From an uncultured Planctomycetales bacterium (GTDB lineage: Bacteria; Omnitrophota; Gorgyraeia; Zapsychrales; Fredricksoniimonadaceae), in the NCBI GenBank assembly GCA_964483785.1, contig CAZACW010000004.1, positions 6,794 to 70,793 of the forward strand: 64,000 nt of DNA. The letters run 5' to 3'. The notes below the pieces were generated by a model. It was not told where the DNA came from and did not search any database. It saw only the letters and a program-made list of their open reading frames with translations. Position numbers and translations under genes: made by a program. Of this stretch, positions 1-8,694 are shown one piece after another (positions within the stretch are counted from its first letter, which is position 1; the number at the start of each line of letters is the position of its first letter).

Positions 1-576
1 GGCATCCAAACTTGTGATGGAAACCGTCACGCAGGCGCCTTGATACTCTGCCATGGATTTTAAAAGATCAATGTCGCGCGTGACCAGCTTATTCTTGGTG
101 ATGATGCCGACGGGGTTCCTGAAATCCAGGAGCACCGCGAGGCATTGGCGGGTGATCTGGAATTTGCGCTCAAAGGGCTGGTAGCAGTCGGTGACCCCGC
201 TCATCACGATGACCTGCGGTTTCCATTTGGGATGGGCCAGTTCTTGGCGCAAAAGCGAGGCGGCCTCGGTTTTGACAAAGATGATGGACTCAAAATCCTG
301 GCCTGAAGATAAACCGAAATACTCGTGGGTGGGCCTGGCGTAGCAATACACACAGCCGTGCTCGCAGCCGCGGTAGGGGTTGAGGCTGCATTCAAAGCCG
401 ATGTCCGGGCTGTCATTGTAGCTGATGATGGACTTTGAGCTGTCCTTGTAAAATTCCGTCTTGGGCGAAGGGTATTCCTCGTCGGGCAAATCCTCGTCCC
501 GCTCAAAGGCGATTTTCTCGAAGCGGTTGACCGGATTGCCCTGCGCGCCTCTGGCTGGAAGTTCCTTTTCAGGCAT
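1..576 (-). CDS. Radical SAM protein, PA0069/Rv2578c-like family. The gene is partial: the N-terminal 192 aa lie in the window and the 3' end runs off the window start.
   Basis: Manual translation of the reverse complement from ATG at 576-574 reads MPEKELPARGAQGNPVNRFEKIAFERDEDLPDEEYPSPKTEFYKDSSKSIISYNDSPDIGFECSLNPYRGCEHGCVYCYARPTHEY...SGVTDCYQP... and is open to position 1. The CxxxCxxC-type motif sits in an NPYRGCxHGCxYCYAR context typical of this family. The listed ORF 204..584 is a shadow in another frame. Confidence 0.8.
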   Translation of the reverse strand, partial: MPEKELPARGAQGNPVNRFEKIAFERDEDLPDEEYPSPKTEFYKDSSKSIISYNDSPDIGFECSLNPYRGCEHGCVYCYARPTHEYFGLSSGQDFESIIFVKTEAASLLRQELAHPKWKPQVIVMSGVTDCYQPFERKFQITRQCLAVLLDFRNPVGIITKNKLVTRDIDLLKSMAEYQGACVTVSITSLDA

Positions 577-583
577 ATTGCCA

Positions 584-650
584 CAACCCCGGAGGTTGTG
601 ATGGTTGACCATCACAACCTCCGGGGTTGTGGTGGTTCAATCACACATTA
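584..650. repeat. Pair of inverted REP-like palindromic units (core ATCACAACCYCCGGRGGTTGTGRTGG).
   Basis: The sequence ccacaaccccggaggttgtgatggt tgacc atcacaacctccggggttgtggtgg lies between mnmE and the upstream rSAM gene. The same palindrome recurs at 14366, 22548, 23455 and 29326. Confidence 0.85.
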
Positions 651-669
651 ACTGTTCATCATTAATGAA

Positions 670-2073
670 TTACTTGCCGATGCAGAATTCTGAAAAAATA
701 CGCTCTAACAGGTCTTCATCGATATTGCGGCCGGTGATGGCATCCAGCTGATTCACCGCGGCCTTGATCTCCTCGCAGATAAATTCCAGCGAAGCCCCTT
801 CCTGCATCAGGCGCAAGGCCCCTGATAAATTTTCCCGCGCCTCTTCCAAGGCCTTGATGTGCCGGATATTACTCAGCCAAAGGCCGTCTGTTTCCAAATC
901 CTTGTCCATACGGATCATTTCAATGATCTTACCCTCCAGCTGCGCGATAGAGGCCGGATCCAGCGCCGAGACCTTGATCACCTGCTTAAAGCCAAAGATC
1001 TTTTCAGCCGCTGTCATATCCAATTTAAGGGGCAGATCCATTTTATTGACCACAGCCAAGACCTTGGAGGATTTCAGCTGTTCCATCAAGAGCGTATCCT
1101 GCGCTTCCAAGGGACGGCTGTGGTCTAAGACCAAGAGCGCCAAATCCGCACCCTTAATAAAAAGACGGCTGCGCGCGACCGCTTCCTGTTCAATCAAATC
1201 GCGCGGCTCCAATATCCCCGCGGTATCGACGAGCGCCAGGGGAATGCCGCTCAATTGCGCCTGTTCCTCAAGCACATCGCGGGTGGTGCCGGCAATGGGC
1301 GTTACAATGGCGCGCTGCTCTTTGAGCAGGGCATTCCATAAGGATGATTTGCCGACGTTGGGCTTGCCGCAGAGCACAATGCGCATGCCTTCTTTTAAAA
1401 TGCGGCCGCCGCGGGATGATTCCAAGAGTTCGGCCACAGCTTGCTGCTGAAGGCCAAGGCCCTGCCCCAGGTCCTGGCGGCCCTGGGATTCAATGCCGTC
1501 TTCCGGAAAATTGATCAAGGCCTCGGCCGCGGTATAAAGTCTCAACAGCTCTTCCCTGATGGCCTTCAATCGCAGGGACAAGGCCCCTTCTAACTGATGC
1601 TGGCTTTGGCGCAGGAATTGCCCGGTCTTGGCCTGGATGATGTCGATCACGGCCTCGGCCTGGGTCAGGTCCATGCGGCCGTTAAGATACGCCCTCTTGG
1701 TAAATTCTCCCGGCTCTGCCAGCCTGGCCCCGGCATTCAGGAGAGCCTGCAGGATGGCTGTCAAGACCGTCATGCCGCCGTGGCCGCTGATTTCAACTGT
1801 ATCTTCTGCGGTATAGCTGTTGGGCGATCGCATCACTGTGACCAACACTTCATCGACGACAGCGCCGTTTGGCGCATCCAGGACCTTGCCGTAATGCACG
1901 GTATGGGATTTGCACTCCGCCAAAGTCAAAAGACCCTTGAGACGCACAATGGCCTGCGCGATCTGGAAAGCCTGTTGTCCGCTCAAGCGCACAATGCCAA
2001 TGGCCCCCTGACCCGCGGGGGTGGCTATGGCTGCTATCGTATCTTCCAAACCTTTATATTGATACATATCCAA
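670..2073 (-). CDS. mnmE: tRNA uridine-5-carboxymethylaminomethyl modification GTPase MnmE (TrmE).
   Basis: The 467-aa product has a G-domain with the GKPNVGKSSL P-loop and the C-terminal CIGK motif typical of MnmE. Confidence 0.9.
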   Translation of the reverse strand: MDMYQYKGLEDTIAAIATPAGQGAIGIVRLSGQQAFQIAQAIVRLKGLLTLAECKSHTVHYGKVLDAPNGAVVDEVLVTVMRSPNSYTAEDTVEISGHGGMTVLTAILQALLNAGARLAEPGEFTKRAYLNGRMDLTQAEAVIDIIQAKTGQFLRQSQHQLEGALSLRLKAIREELLRLYTAAEALINFPEDGIESQGRQDLGQGLGLQQQAVAELLESSRGGRILKEGMRIVLCGKPNVGKSSLWNALLKEQRAIVTPIAGTTRDVLEEQAQLSGIPLALVDTAGILEPRDLIEQEAVARSRLFIKGADLALLVLDHSRPLEAQDTLLMEQLKSSKVLAVVNKMDLPLKLDMTAAEKIFGFKQVIKVSALDPASIAQLEGKIIEMIRMDKDLETDGLWLSNIRHIKALEEARENLSGALRLMQEGASLEFICEEIKAAVNQLDAITGRNIDEDLLERIFSEFCIGK

Positions 2074-2101
2074 TAATGCCGTGCCGCGCGCTCACCCTCG
2101 A

Positions 2102-3382
2102 TCAACGCGGGTTGCTGTGCGCGGCGCCGCATTCTTCCCTCGCTTCCGCGACGATAAACAATGAACCTGTCACCACAATAACATCTTCCGGGCCGGCCAT
2201 GCGCAAGGCCTTCTCCAAGGCCTGCGGTAAATTCCCGATGAGCTCGCATGGTTTGCCTTTGAAATATTTTTCCCCTTCGGCCTTCACGAAAGAATAGGCC
2301 CGGCTGTGGACCGCCTTGGTCAAGATGATCTCTGCGGCCACGCTGTTGAGTTGAGCGCAGATGCCCTCCACATCCTTGTCCTTGGAAACGCCCAAAATCA
2401 GGACCACCCGCCGCCCGGGATATTCTTCCTTCAAGGTCTCAACTAAGGCCGAGGCCGAGGCCTTGTTGTGCGCTCCGTCGGCAATCACATCGGGCCGGGA
2501 AGCCAATAATTCAAAACGCCCTGGCCAAAAAACTTTTTTGAGCCCTTCCGCGATGGCGGCTGCGCTGATTTCAAATCCCATGCCGCTTAAAATATTAAGC
2601 GCGGCCAGGGCCGTGGCCGCATTAAGTTTTTGGTGCCTGCCTTTTAAGCCGGTCTTTAAATTTTCATGGCCTTGCAGGCTGACTACATGCGGCTGAATGC
2701 CGAATTCCCGGCAGCGGCCCAAAAGCACATCCATGGCCTCTTTGTCCTGCGGAGCGATCACCACCTTCTGAAGGGAATTTTTGATGATGCCGGCTTTCTC
2801 CACCGCGATCTTCTCTAAAGTCGGCCCTAAAATACCCACATGGTCCAGGCTGATCGGCGTGATGACCGCGATCAAGGAAGGGGCCGCGTTGGTTGCATCC
2901 AGGCGTCCGCCCAGGCCGGTCTCCAAAATGACCATATCCACCTTTTGCCCGGCGAAAAACAACAAGGCCGCCACGGTCAGGATCTCGAAATAGGTGATGA
3001 TATGGCCTTCATTCTGGACGGCCGCGGCCAAAGGCCGCAGACGCGTCAGGACAACGGCCAATTCCTCGTCGGAGATACAGCCGTCCCCCGGCCTGTGGTC
3101 CAAAACGCGGATGCGCTCGTTGACACGGTGCAAATGCGGCGAGGTGTATAAGCCGACCTTGTAGCCCGCCTGGTGCAGAATGGAGGCCAAAAAAGCGCAG
3201 GTGGAACCCTTGCCCTTGGTGCCGGCCACATGGATGATTTTTAAATGCTTGGCCGGGTCGCCGGCCAAATCCAGCAATTCCCTGATGCGGTCGAGGTTAA
3301 AATCCACCGCATGCATTTTATCCAGCTTGGATTCAAAATTGACAAAGGAATTAAGATAGGGGCTGACTTGTGCGGGGTCCAT
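2102..3382 (-). CDS. folC: Bifunctional folylpolyglutamate synthase/dihydrofolate synthase (Mur ligase family).
   Basis: The 426-aa product carries the HVAGTKGKGST P-loop of Mur ligases and has FolC-like length and domain order. Confidence 0.85.
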   Translation of the reverse strand: MDPAQVSPYLNSFVNFESKLDKMHAVDFNLDRIRELLDLAGDPAKHLKIIHVAGTKGKGSTCAFLASILHQAGYKVGLYTSPHLHRVNERIRVLDHRPGDGCISDEELAVVLTRLRPLAAAVQNEGHIITYFEILTVAALLFFAGQKVDMVILETGLGGRLDATNAAPSLIAVITPISLDHVGILGPTLEKIAVEKAGIIKNSLQKVVIAPQDKEAMDVLLGRCREFGIQPHVVSLQGHENLKTGLKGRHQKLNAATALAALNILSGMGFEISAAAIAEGLKKVFWPGRFELLASRPDVIADGAHNKASASALVETLKEEYPGRRVVLILGVSKDKDVEGICAQLNSVAAEIILTKAVHSRAYSFVKAEGEKYFKGKPCELIGNLPQALEKALRMAGPEDVIVVTGSLFIVAEAREECGAAHSNPR

Positions 3383-3424
3383 AGGAGATTCCCCACCGGG
3401 TTCCCGCGCGCGGGAAGCTTGGGA

Positions 3425-4984
3425 TCAATGTTTAAAATGCCTGATGCCCGTAAAAACCATGGCGATTTTTTTCTTGTCAGCTTCCTTGATCACGGCCTCA
3501 TCCATGATGGACCCTCCGGTCTGGATGATGGCCTTGACCCCGGCCTTGGCCGCGATGGTCACGGTATCGGGTTTAGGGAGAAAGGCGTCGGAGACCAGCA
3601 CGCTGCCGCGGGCCGATGCACCTGCCCGGCGGATGGCCTCAACCGCGGCATCCACGCGGCTGGTCTGGCCGCAGCCGATGCCGAGGGTCTGCGTGCCCTT
3701 GACCAAGACGATGGCGTTGCTTTTGACATGTTTGATCAGGGCCCAGCCGAAGCCCATGGCGTCCCGCTGGGCCTTGGTAGGCTTGACCTTGCTGACCGTC
3801 TTCATCTCTTCTGTTTTCAGCGAGCGGTTGTCTTTCTCCTGCAGCAGCAGGCCGCCGGAGACTTTTTTGAAATCATAACGCTGGGCGCGCAGGTCCTTGA
3901 CATTCAAGACGAGCAGGCGCAGGTTCTTCTTGGGCATAAACAGTTCCTGGGCCCTCTTGGAAAATCCCGGGGCAATGACGCATTCCATGAACCCGCTTTT
4001 GAGCACGGCGGCCGCGGTTTTCTCGTCGACTTCGCGGTTAAAGCCGATGATCCCGCCAAAGGCCGAGAGCGGATCGGATTGATGGGCCTTGAGATAAGCC
4101 TGCTGCAGCTGCGGGGCCGAAGCCACACCGCAAGGATTATTGTGCTTGATGATCACGGCCGCCGGCGCGTCGAATTCATGGACAATGCTGACGGCCGCAT
4201 CCAGGTCCAAAATATTGTTGAAGGAAAGCTCCTTGCCCTGCAATTGCTCGAGCCTGGCCAGGCCCTCGGGCCGGGCGCTGTCCCTGTAAAAGGCCGCGGC
4301 CTGGTGCGGGTTTTCGCCGTAGCGCAGGTCCTGCGCTTTATTGAAGGAAAAGGCAAGGTCAATGGGAAAATTGGAAAAGGAATTGTCGGCCTTGAAGCGA
4401 TTGTTCAAATACCCATAAATGGCCGCGTCATAGTGCGAGGTGCGCTCAAAGACCTCAATGGCCAGGCTGGTCAAGACCTTGTCCGAAAGAAGGCCGCCGT
4501 TGTTGTCAAGCTCCTGCAGGACCTCGGCGTAACGGTTGACATCGCAGATGACGGCCACACTCTTATAGTTCTTGGCCGCGGAGCGCAGCATGGACGGCCC
4601 GCCGATGTCGATGTTCTCAATGCATTCTTCCAGGGATATGTTTTTTTTCTGGATGGCTTTCTCGAAAGGGTAAAGATTGACCACCACCATGTCGATGGTG
4701 CCGATGCCGTGGGCCGCGATCTGCTTCATGTGCTCGGGATTGTCACGCAGGGCCAGCAGGCCCCCGTGGATCTTAGGATGCAGGGTCTTGACCCGGCCGT
4801 CGAGCATTTCCGGGAAACCCGTGTAATCACAGACCTCGCGGACCTCGATGCCGCTCGAGCGCAATAGCGCGGCTGTGCCTCCGGTGGAGAGAATTTCCAC
4901 GCCGAGTCTTGAAAGTCCCTTGGCAAATTCCACCAAACCGGTCTTGTCTGAAACGGAAATTAACGCGCGTTTGACCTTGATCAT
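3425..4984 (-). CDS. purH: Bifunctional AICAR transformylase/IMP cyclohydrolase PurH.
   Basis: The product begins MIKVKRALISVSDKTG (MGS-like domain) followed by the AICARFT domain. The start is set at ATG 4984 rather than 5011 because 5000-5035 is the rpsU terminator hairpin. Confidence 0.9.
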   Translation of the reverse strand: MIKVKRALISVSDKTGLVEFAKGLSRLGVEILSTGGTAALLRSSGIEVREVCDYTGFPEMLDGRVKTLHPKIHGGLLALRDNPEHMKQIAAHGIGTIDMVVVNLYPFEKAIQKKNISLEECIENIDIGGPSMLRSAAKNYKSVAVICDVNRYAEVLQELDNNGGLLSDKVLTSLAIEVFERTSHYDAAIYGYLNNRFKADNSFSNFPIDLAFSFNKAQDLRYGENPHQAAAFYRDSARPEGLARLEQLQGKELSFNNILDLDAAVSIVHEFDAPAAVIIKHNNPCGVASAPQLQQAYLKAHQSDPLSAFGGIIGFNREVDEKTAAAVLKSGFMECVIAPGFSKRAQELFMPKKNLRLLVLNVKDLRAQRYDFKKVSGGLLLQEKDNRSLKTEEMKTVSKVKPTKAQRDAMGFGWALIKHVKSNAIVLVKGTQTLGIGCGQTSRVDAAVEAIRRAGASARGSVLVSDAFLPKPDTVTIAAKAGVKAIIQTGGSIMDEAVIKEADKKKIAMVFTGIRHFKH

Positions 4985-4998
4985 GATCAAAAAAAAGG

Positions 4999-5035
4999 GG
5001 ACGTCTCCCATTTAATTAAATGGGAGACGTCCCTA
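4999..5035 (-). terminator. Rho-independent terminator downstream of rpsU.
   Basis: A perfect inverted repeat gggacgtctccca-tttaattaaa-tgggagacgtccc is followed on the minus strand by a T-run (plus-strand aaaaaaaag at 4990-4998). Confidence 0.7.
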
Positions 5036-5039
5036 TTAT

Positions 5040-5195
5040 TTAACGTTTACCTTTTTTGCGTTTGCGTTCGGAAGGCTTGGAATAAAAGCGGCGCTCTTTG
5101 AGCTCGACAAGAAAGCCGTCTTTCTGGCATTGCTTTTTGAACAAGCGCATTGCCTTTTCAAAACTGTTCTTGTCATTGACCTTGACTTCTAACAT
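5040..5195 (-). CDS. rpsU: 30S ribosomal protein S21.
   Basis: Manual translation gives MLEVKVNDKNSFEKAMRLFKKQCQKDGFLVELKERRFYSKPSERKRKKGKR (51 aa), a canonical bS21 with its basic C-terminus. It is missing from the ORF track because it is under 60 aa. Confidence 0.85.
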   Translation of the reverse strand: MLEVKVNDKNSFEKAMRLFKKQCQKDGFLVELKERRFYSKPSERKRKKGKR

Positions 5196-5242
5196 GACGT
5201 CTCGCGTCTCCTTGAGGGTTTAAATTGGTTTTTAGGGTTTGT

Positions 5243-5270
5243 ATTATAGTATATGCCGGGTGAAAGTCAA
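5243..5270 (-). promoter_or_regulatory. Putative sigma70-type promoter for rpsU (TTGACT-N16-TATAAT).
   Basis: On the minus strand, TTGACT lies at 5270-5265 and TATAAT at 5248-5243 with a 16-nt spacer, about 50 nt upstream of the rpsU start. Confidence 0.4.
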
Positions 5271-5334
5271 CCTCAATCCGGCCCGGCCGCGGCCCGCGGG
5301 GCCCTGGGACTGACAGAGCGGCAGCGACGGTTTT

Positions 5335-6519
5335 TTAATAGGTCGGGTCAACGTAGGTGTAGAGTTCCCCCGCGAAATTACGCAAGGTGTAGCGGCCGTT
5401 TTCCTTGGACACCAGATAATCCGGGTTGACGGGGATCTTGCCGCCCCCGCCGGGCCCGTCGATCACGTAGGTCGGCACCGCGTAGCCGGTAGTGTGCCCG
5501 CGCAGGTTTTGGATGATATTGATGCCGGTCTCGACCGAAGTACGGAAATGCCTGGAGCCGACGATGGGGTCGCACTGGTAAATGTAGTAGGGCCGAACGC
5601 GGATCTTCAAGAGCTCATGGAAAAGCTTTTTCATAACCTCGGGGGAATCGTTCACCCCGCGCAAGAGCACGGTCTGGCTGCCCATGGGGATGCCGGCATC
5701 CGCAATCATGTTGCAGGCATGCTTGACGCGCGGGGTCACTTCCTTGGCGTGGTTAAAATGCACGCTCATCCACAAGGGCGTATACTTTTTGAACATCGCG
5801 ATAAGCTCCGGCGTGACCCTTTGGGGCAGGGTCACCGGAATGCGGGTGCCGATGCGGACAAATTCCACGTGCGGGATGGCCTTGACCGAGGAGATCAAAT
5901 ACTCTAGCATCCGATCCCCCAGGGTCAAAGGATCGCCGCCGGAGATCAGCACATCGCGGATTTCCTTGTGCGCGCGGATATAATTGAGCGCGGCATCATA
6001 GGTGGAGGTGTTGAGGGTATGGTTGCCGTCGCCCACCATGCGCGAGCGGGTGCAATAGCGGCAGTACATGGCGCACATCTCATTGACCAGAAAAAGCACG
6101 CGGTCCGGATAACGATGGACCAAGCCGTGCACCGCGGAGGATTTGTCTTCCCCGCAAGGGTCAAGCATTTCTTCCGGCGCGGTCTCGAATTCGTAATCCA
6201 GGGGCACGGACTGAAGGCGGATGGGACAGCCGGGGTCGTTCTCGTCGATCAAGGCGGCAAAATACGGCGGGATGGACATGGTGAGCTTGTCCCCCGCGCC
6301 TTTGACCCCGCGCTCCTCCTGCGGGGTCAAACTCATCAGCTTCGCGATCTGGTCCAGGGTGCGGATGCGGTTTCTGATCTGCCAGCGCCAATCTTCCCAG
6401 TCATTGAGCGTCGCTCCGGGAAACAGCTTGATGACGCGCTCTTCCTCAGGTGATAAGGGGATGTTGGGGCCGCCGGAGGAGGCCATTTCTTCTTTGATAA
6501 GTGCGGATGTCGGGCTCAT
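5335..6519 (-). CDS. kamA: Lysine 2,3-aminomutase (radical SAM, KamA family).
   Basis: The 394-aa product has the CAMYCRYCTRSR radical SAM cluster motif and KamA-like N- and C-terminal regions. Its start overlaps the upstream ATP-grasp stop by 4 nt. Confidence 0.8.
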   Translation of the reverse strand: MSPTSALIKEEMASSGGPNIPLSPEEERVIKLFPGATLNDWEDWRWQIRNRIRTLDQIAKLMSLTPQEERGVKGAGDKLTMSIPPYFAALIDENDPGCPIRLQSVPLDYEFETAPEEMLDPCGEDKSSAVHGLVHRYPDRVLFLVNEMCAMYCRYCTRSRMVGDGNHTLNTSTYDAALNYIRAHKEIRDVLISGGDPLTLGDRMLEYLISSVKAIPHVEFVRIGTRIPVTLPQRVTPELIAMFKKYTPLWMSVHFNHAKEVTPRVKHACNMIADAGIPMGSQTVLLRGVNDSPEVMKKLFHELLKIRVRPYYIYQCDPIVGSRHFRTSVETGINIIQNLRGHTTGYAVPTYVIDGPGGGGKIPVNPDYLVSKENGRYTLRNFAGELYTYVDPTY

Positions 6520-7532
6520 TTTTTGTATGCGGTCTCCTTTATCCCCAAACGCTTCAGGGCTTCTTCCAAGATTTGGTTGATCACTTGATTATACGACAAA
6601 CCTTTGATTTTGGCAAAAAGCATAAACACATCATCAGGACTTAGGTTTGGCAAGGGATTGATTTCCAAAACAAAGGGATGCCCCGCCTCATCCACACGAA
6701 AATCCACGCGCCCGAAATCCCGGCAATCCACGGCCTGGTAGGCCCTCTTCGCCAGCTCCTGCAGGCGGTGGGCCAATGCGGCCTCGATGGGCGCCGGGCA
6801 GATGTGTTCCACCAATTTCTCCGCCACGTGGCGGTAGGAATAAAACTCATTGCCCAGATGCGTCTTGCCGCCGATGGCGTACTGCACCACGGGCATGGCC
6901 TCAGGCGGCCGGTTGCCGATGATGCCGACGGTAAATTCCGTGCCCTTGATGAATTCCTCGACCAAGGCAGGCTGATGGTAGAGCCGGTTGATATGCGCCA
7001 CCTGGGCCTTTAACTGCTCCAAATTTTCCACGCGCGAGGCCTGGGTGATCCCCTTGGAAGTGCCCTCGTGCAGGGTCTTGACAAACAACGGATAGCCGAT
7101 GGTGTTTAAGGCCTTAAGGTCATCCTCTTCCCAGGCCTTGAAATAGCGCGCCGTCGGGATGCCTTCGGCCATGAAGCACTTTTTGGCCATCACCTTATCC
7201 AGGGTGACGCCCAAGGTCAGCGCGTCCGCGCCGACAAAAGGGATGGCGTACACATCCAAAATGGCCGGCACCTGCGATTCGCGGTTGCGGCCCTTAAAGC
7301 CTTCGGCAATGTTAAATACGATCTCAGGCCTGGCTGCGCCGCTTTCCAGATAAGCGATGAGCTTTTGGGCCCCGCCGATGGCAATGGTCCTGTGCCCGGC
7401 GGACTCCAATGCGGCCGTGAGGCAGGCGATGGTCTTGTGCCCGTCGAGCTCGGCCGCAGCGTCGATAGGATCATCCGCGGATTTCAGCCAGTCTGTCTTT
7501 AAATCAAAGGTCAAGCCTATAATTTTACCCAT
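6516..7532 (-). CDS. ATP-grasp ligase of the D-alanine--D-alanine ligase family.
   Basis: The 338-aa product has Ddl-like N-terminal, central and ATP-grasp domains (EGxxxxRY, GYPLFVK, EINPLPN-like motifs). It is co-operonic with kamA. Confidence 0.65.
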   Translation of the reverse strand: MGKIIGLTFDLKTDWLKSADDPIDAAAELDGHKTIACLTAALESAGHRTIAIGGAQKLIAYLESGAARPEIVFNIAEGFKGRNRESQVPAILDVYAIPFVGADALTLGVTLDKVMAKKCFMAEGIPTARYFKAWEEDDLKALNTIGYPLFVKTLHEGTSKGITQASRVENLEQLKAQVAHINRLYHQPALVEEFIKGTEFTVGIIGNRPPEAMPVVQYAIGGKTHLGNEFYSYRHVAEKLVEHICPAPIEAALAHRLQELAKRAYQAVDCRDFGRVDFRVDEAGHPFVLEINPLPNLSPDDVFMLFAKIKGLSYNQVINQILEEALKRLGIKETAYKK

Positions 7533-7574
7533 ATTTTCGTCCTCAATTTATCAAAAATCCACCAAAAAGCCATA

Positions 7575-7647
7575 AAAAACTGGGACACATTGAAAAAACT
7601 GGGACACATTGACTTTTCTTAAAAAATTCAATGTGTCCCAGTTTTTT
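7575..7647. terminator. Hairpin terminator downstream of nth, built from a direct repeat plus an inverted copy.
   Basis: The unit aaaaactgggacacattga occurs twice (7575-7612) and its reverse complement tcaatgtgtcccagtttttt lies at 7628-7647, directly after the nth stop. T-runs are present on both strands. Confidence 0.6.
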
Positions 7648-8319
7648 CTAACGGCTGGTGAAGACCTTCACGCGGCGGCAGATTTTTTGGACGGGGCAGG
7701 CGGTGCACAGCGGCGAGATGGGCTTGCAGACATTCTGGCCCCAGGTCACCAGCATGGCATTGTAATCGATCCAGAATTTGGGCGGCAGTTTTTTTCTGAG
7801 GGCGAATTCGGTTTGTTCCGGGGTCTTGGTTTGGACATAGCCCAGGCGGTTGGAAATACGGTGCACATGGGTATCCACACAGATGCCCGGCTTGCCGAAG
7901 CCTTCGGTCAAGACCAAATTGGCTGTTTTGCGTCCCACGCCTTTTAAGGTCAAAAGCTCATCAATGGTCTCCGGCACCCGGCCGTGGAAGCGATGGATGA
8001 GGTCCCTGCAAATTTCGTGGATGCGCAGCGCCTTGGTCTTATAAAAGCCCACGGGATAAATCAATTTTTGGATTTCAGCGACGGGAATTTCAAGCATGCC
8101 TGACATGGTGGCGGCGCGGCCAAAAAGGCGCTCAGAGGCCGGCAGGGTCGTTTCATCGCGGGTACGCAGGCTCAAGAGGCAGGAGATCAGGACCAAGAAC
8201 GGGCTCTTGAATTTTTTGCCGACCAGCGTGACCGAGGGGTCCGGCAGATCACGCATGGCCTTCTGCAGGCGCTTGATCACTTCAGCGATCTGTTTATTGT
8301 CCAAAAGTTTGTTAGTCAT
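7648..8319 (-). CDS. nth: Endonuclease III (DNA glycosylase/AP lyase).
   Basis: The 223-aa product has an HhH-GPD fold and the C-terminal 4Fe-4S motif CKPISPLCTACPVQKIC. Confidence 0.9.
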   Translation of the reverse strand: MTNKLLDNKQIAEVIKRLQKAMRDLPDPSVTLVGKKFKSPFLVLISCLLSLRTRDETTLPASERLFGRAATMSGMLEIPVAEIQKLIYPVGFYKTKALRIHEICRDLIHRFHGRVPETIDELLTLKGVGRKTANLVLTEGFGKPGICVDTHVHRISNRLGYVQTKTPEQTEFALRKKLPPKFWIDYNAMLVTWGQNVCKPISPLCTACPVQKICRRVKVFTSR

Positions 8320-8345
8320 GATCGATTAAGATAAAGTATATGTTC

Positions 8346-8676
8346 TTTTGACGACTGTAAAATTTTTAGGCAACGCAAAGGATGAAGGGCATGCTTTTTT
8401 GACGACTGTAAAGTTTTTAGCCAACGTAAAGGATAAAGGATATGTTTTTTGACGACTGTCATCGTTTTTGCTGCCTTTCTAGAAAATTTTTGTGGAAGGC
8501 AGCGACGCCAACGGTCTCATGATGCTTCGGCGGCTGAAAAACTCGTCCCGAAGTTCTCTGGAACTTCGGGACTCGAACATTTCAGCCGCCCCTCGGCCTT
8601 CGCCTCGGGGTTCCCTCGCATCATGAGCTGCGTTGGCTAAAAACTTTACAGTCGTCAAAAAACATATCCTTTATCC
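8346..8676. repeat. Composite intergenic element: 2.5 direct copies of a ~49-bp unit, a ~170-bp GC-rich hairpin-rich core, and one inverted copy of the unit.
   Basis: Copies of ttttttgacgactgtaaaRtttttagScaacgYaaaggat... start at 8346, 8395 and 8445. The reverse-complement copy ttggctaaaaactttacagtcgtcaaaaaacatatcctttatcc lies at 8633-8676. The core has nested hairpins such as ggcggctgaaa...tttcagccgcc and gtcccgaagttc-cagaga-acttcgggac. Confidence 0.6.
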
Positions 8677-8694
8677 TAAAGATTTCAAATATAT

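Noticed and set aside
204-584. Listed 126-aa minus-strand ORF.
   Set aside because: It is a shadow frame of the real PA0069-family radical SAM gene (1-576, minus), which reads cleanly in a different frame and carries the Cys-cluster motif. The listed product is low-complexity Arg/Ser/Thr/Pro-rich.
3245-4867. 540-aa plus-strand ORF antisense to purH.
   Set aside because: This is a GC-driven antisense ORF. The product is Gly/Arg/Asp-rich low-complexity, while the opposite strand encodes a canonical PurH.
8520-8640. Possible tRNA from 'ggactcgaac' and hairpins in the GC-rich core.
   Set aside because: There is no cloverleaf with acceptor stem/anticodon arrangement and no GTTCRANNC T-loop consensus. 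The hairpins are nested rather than tRNA-like.
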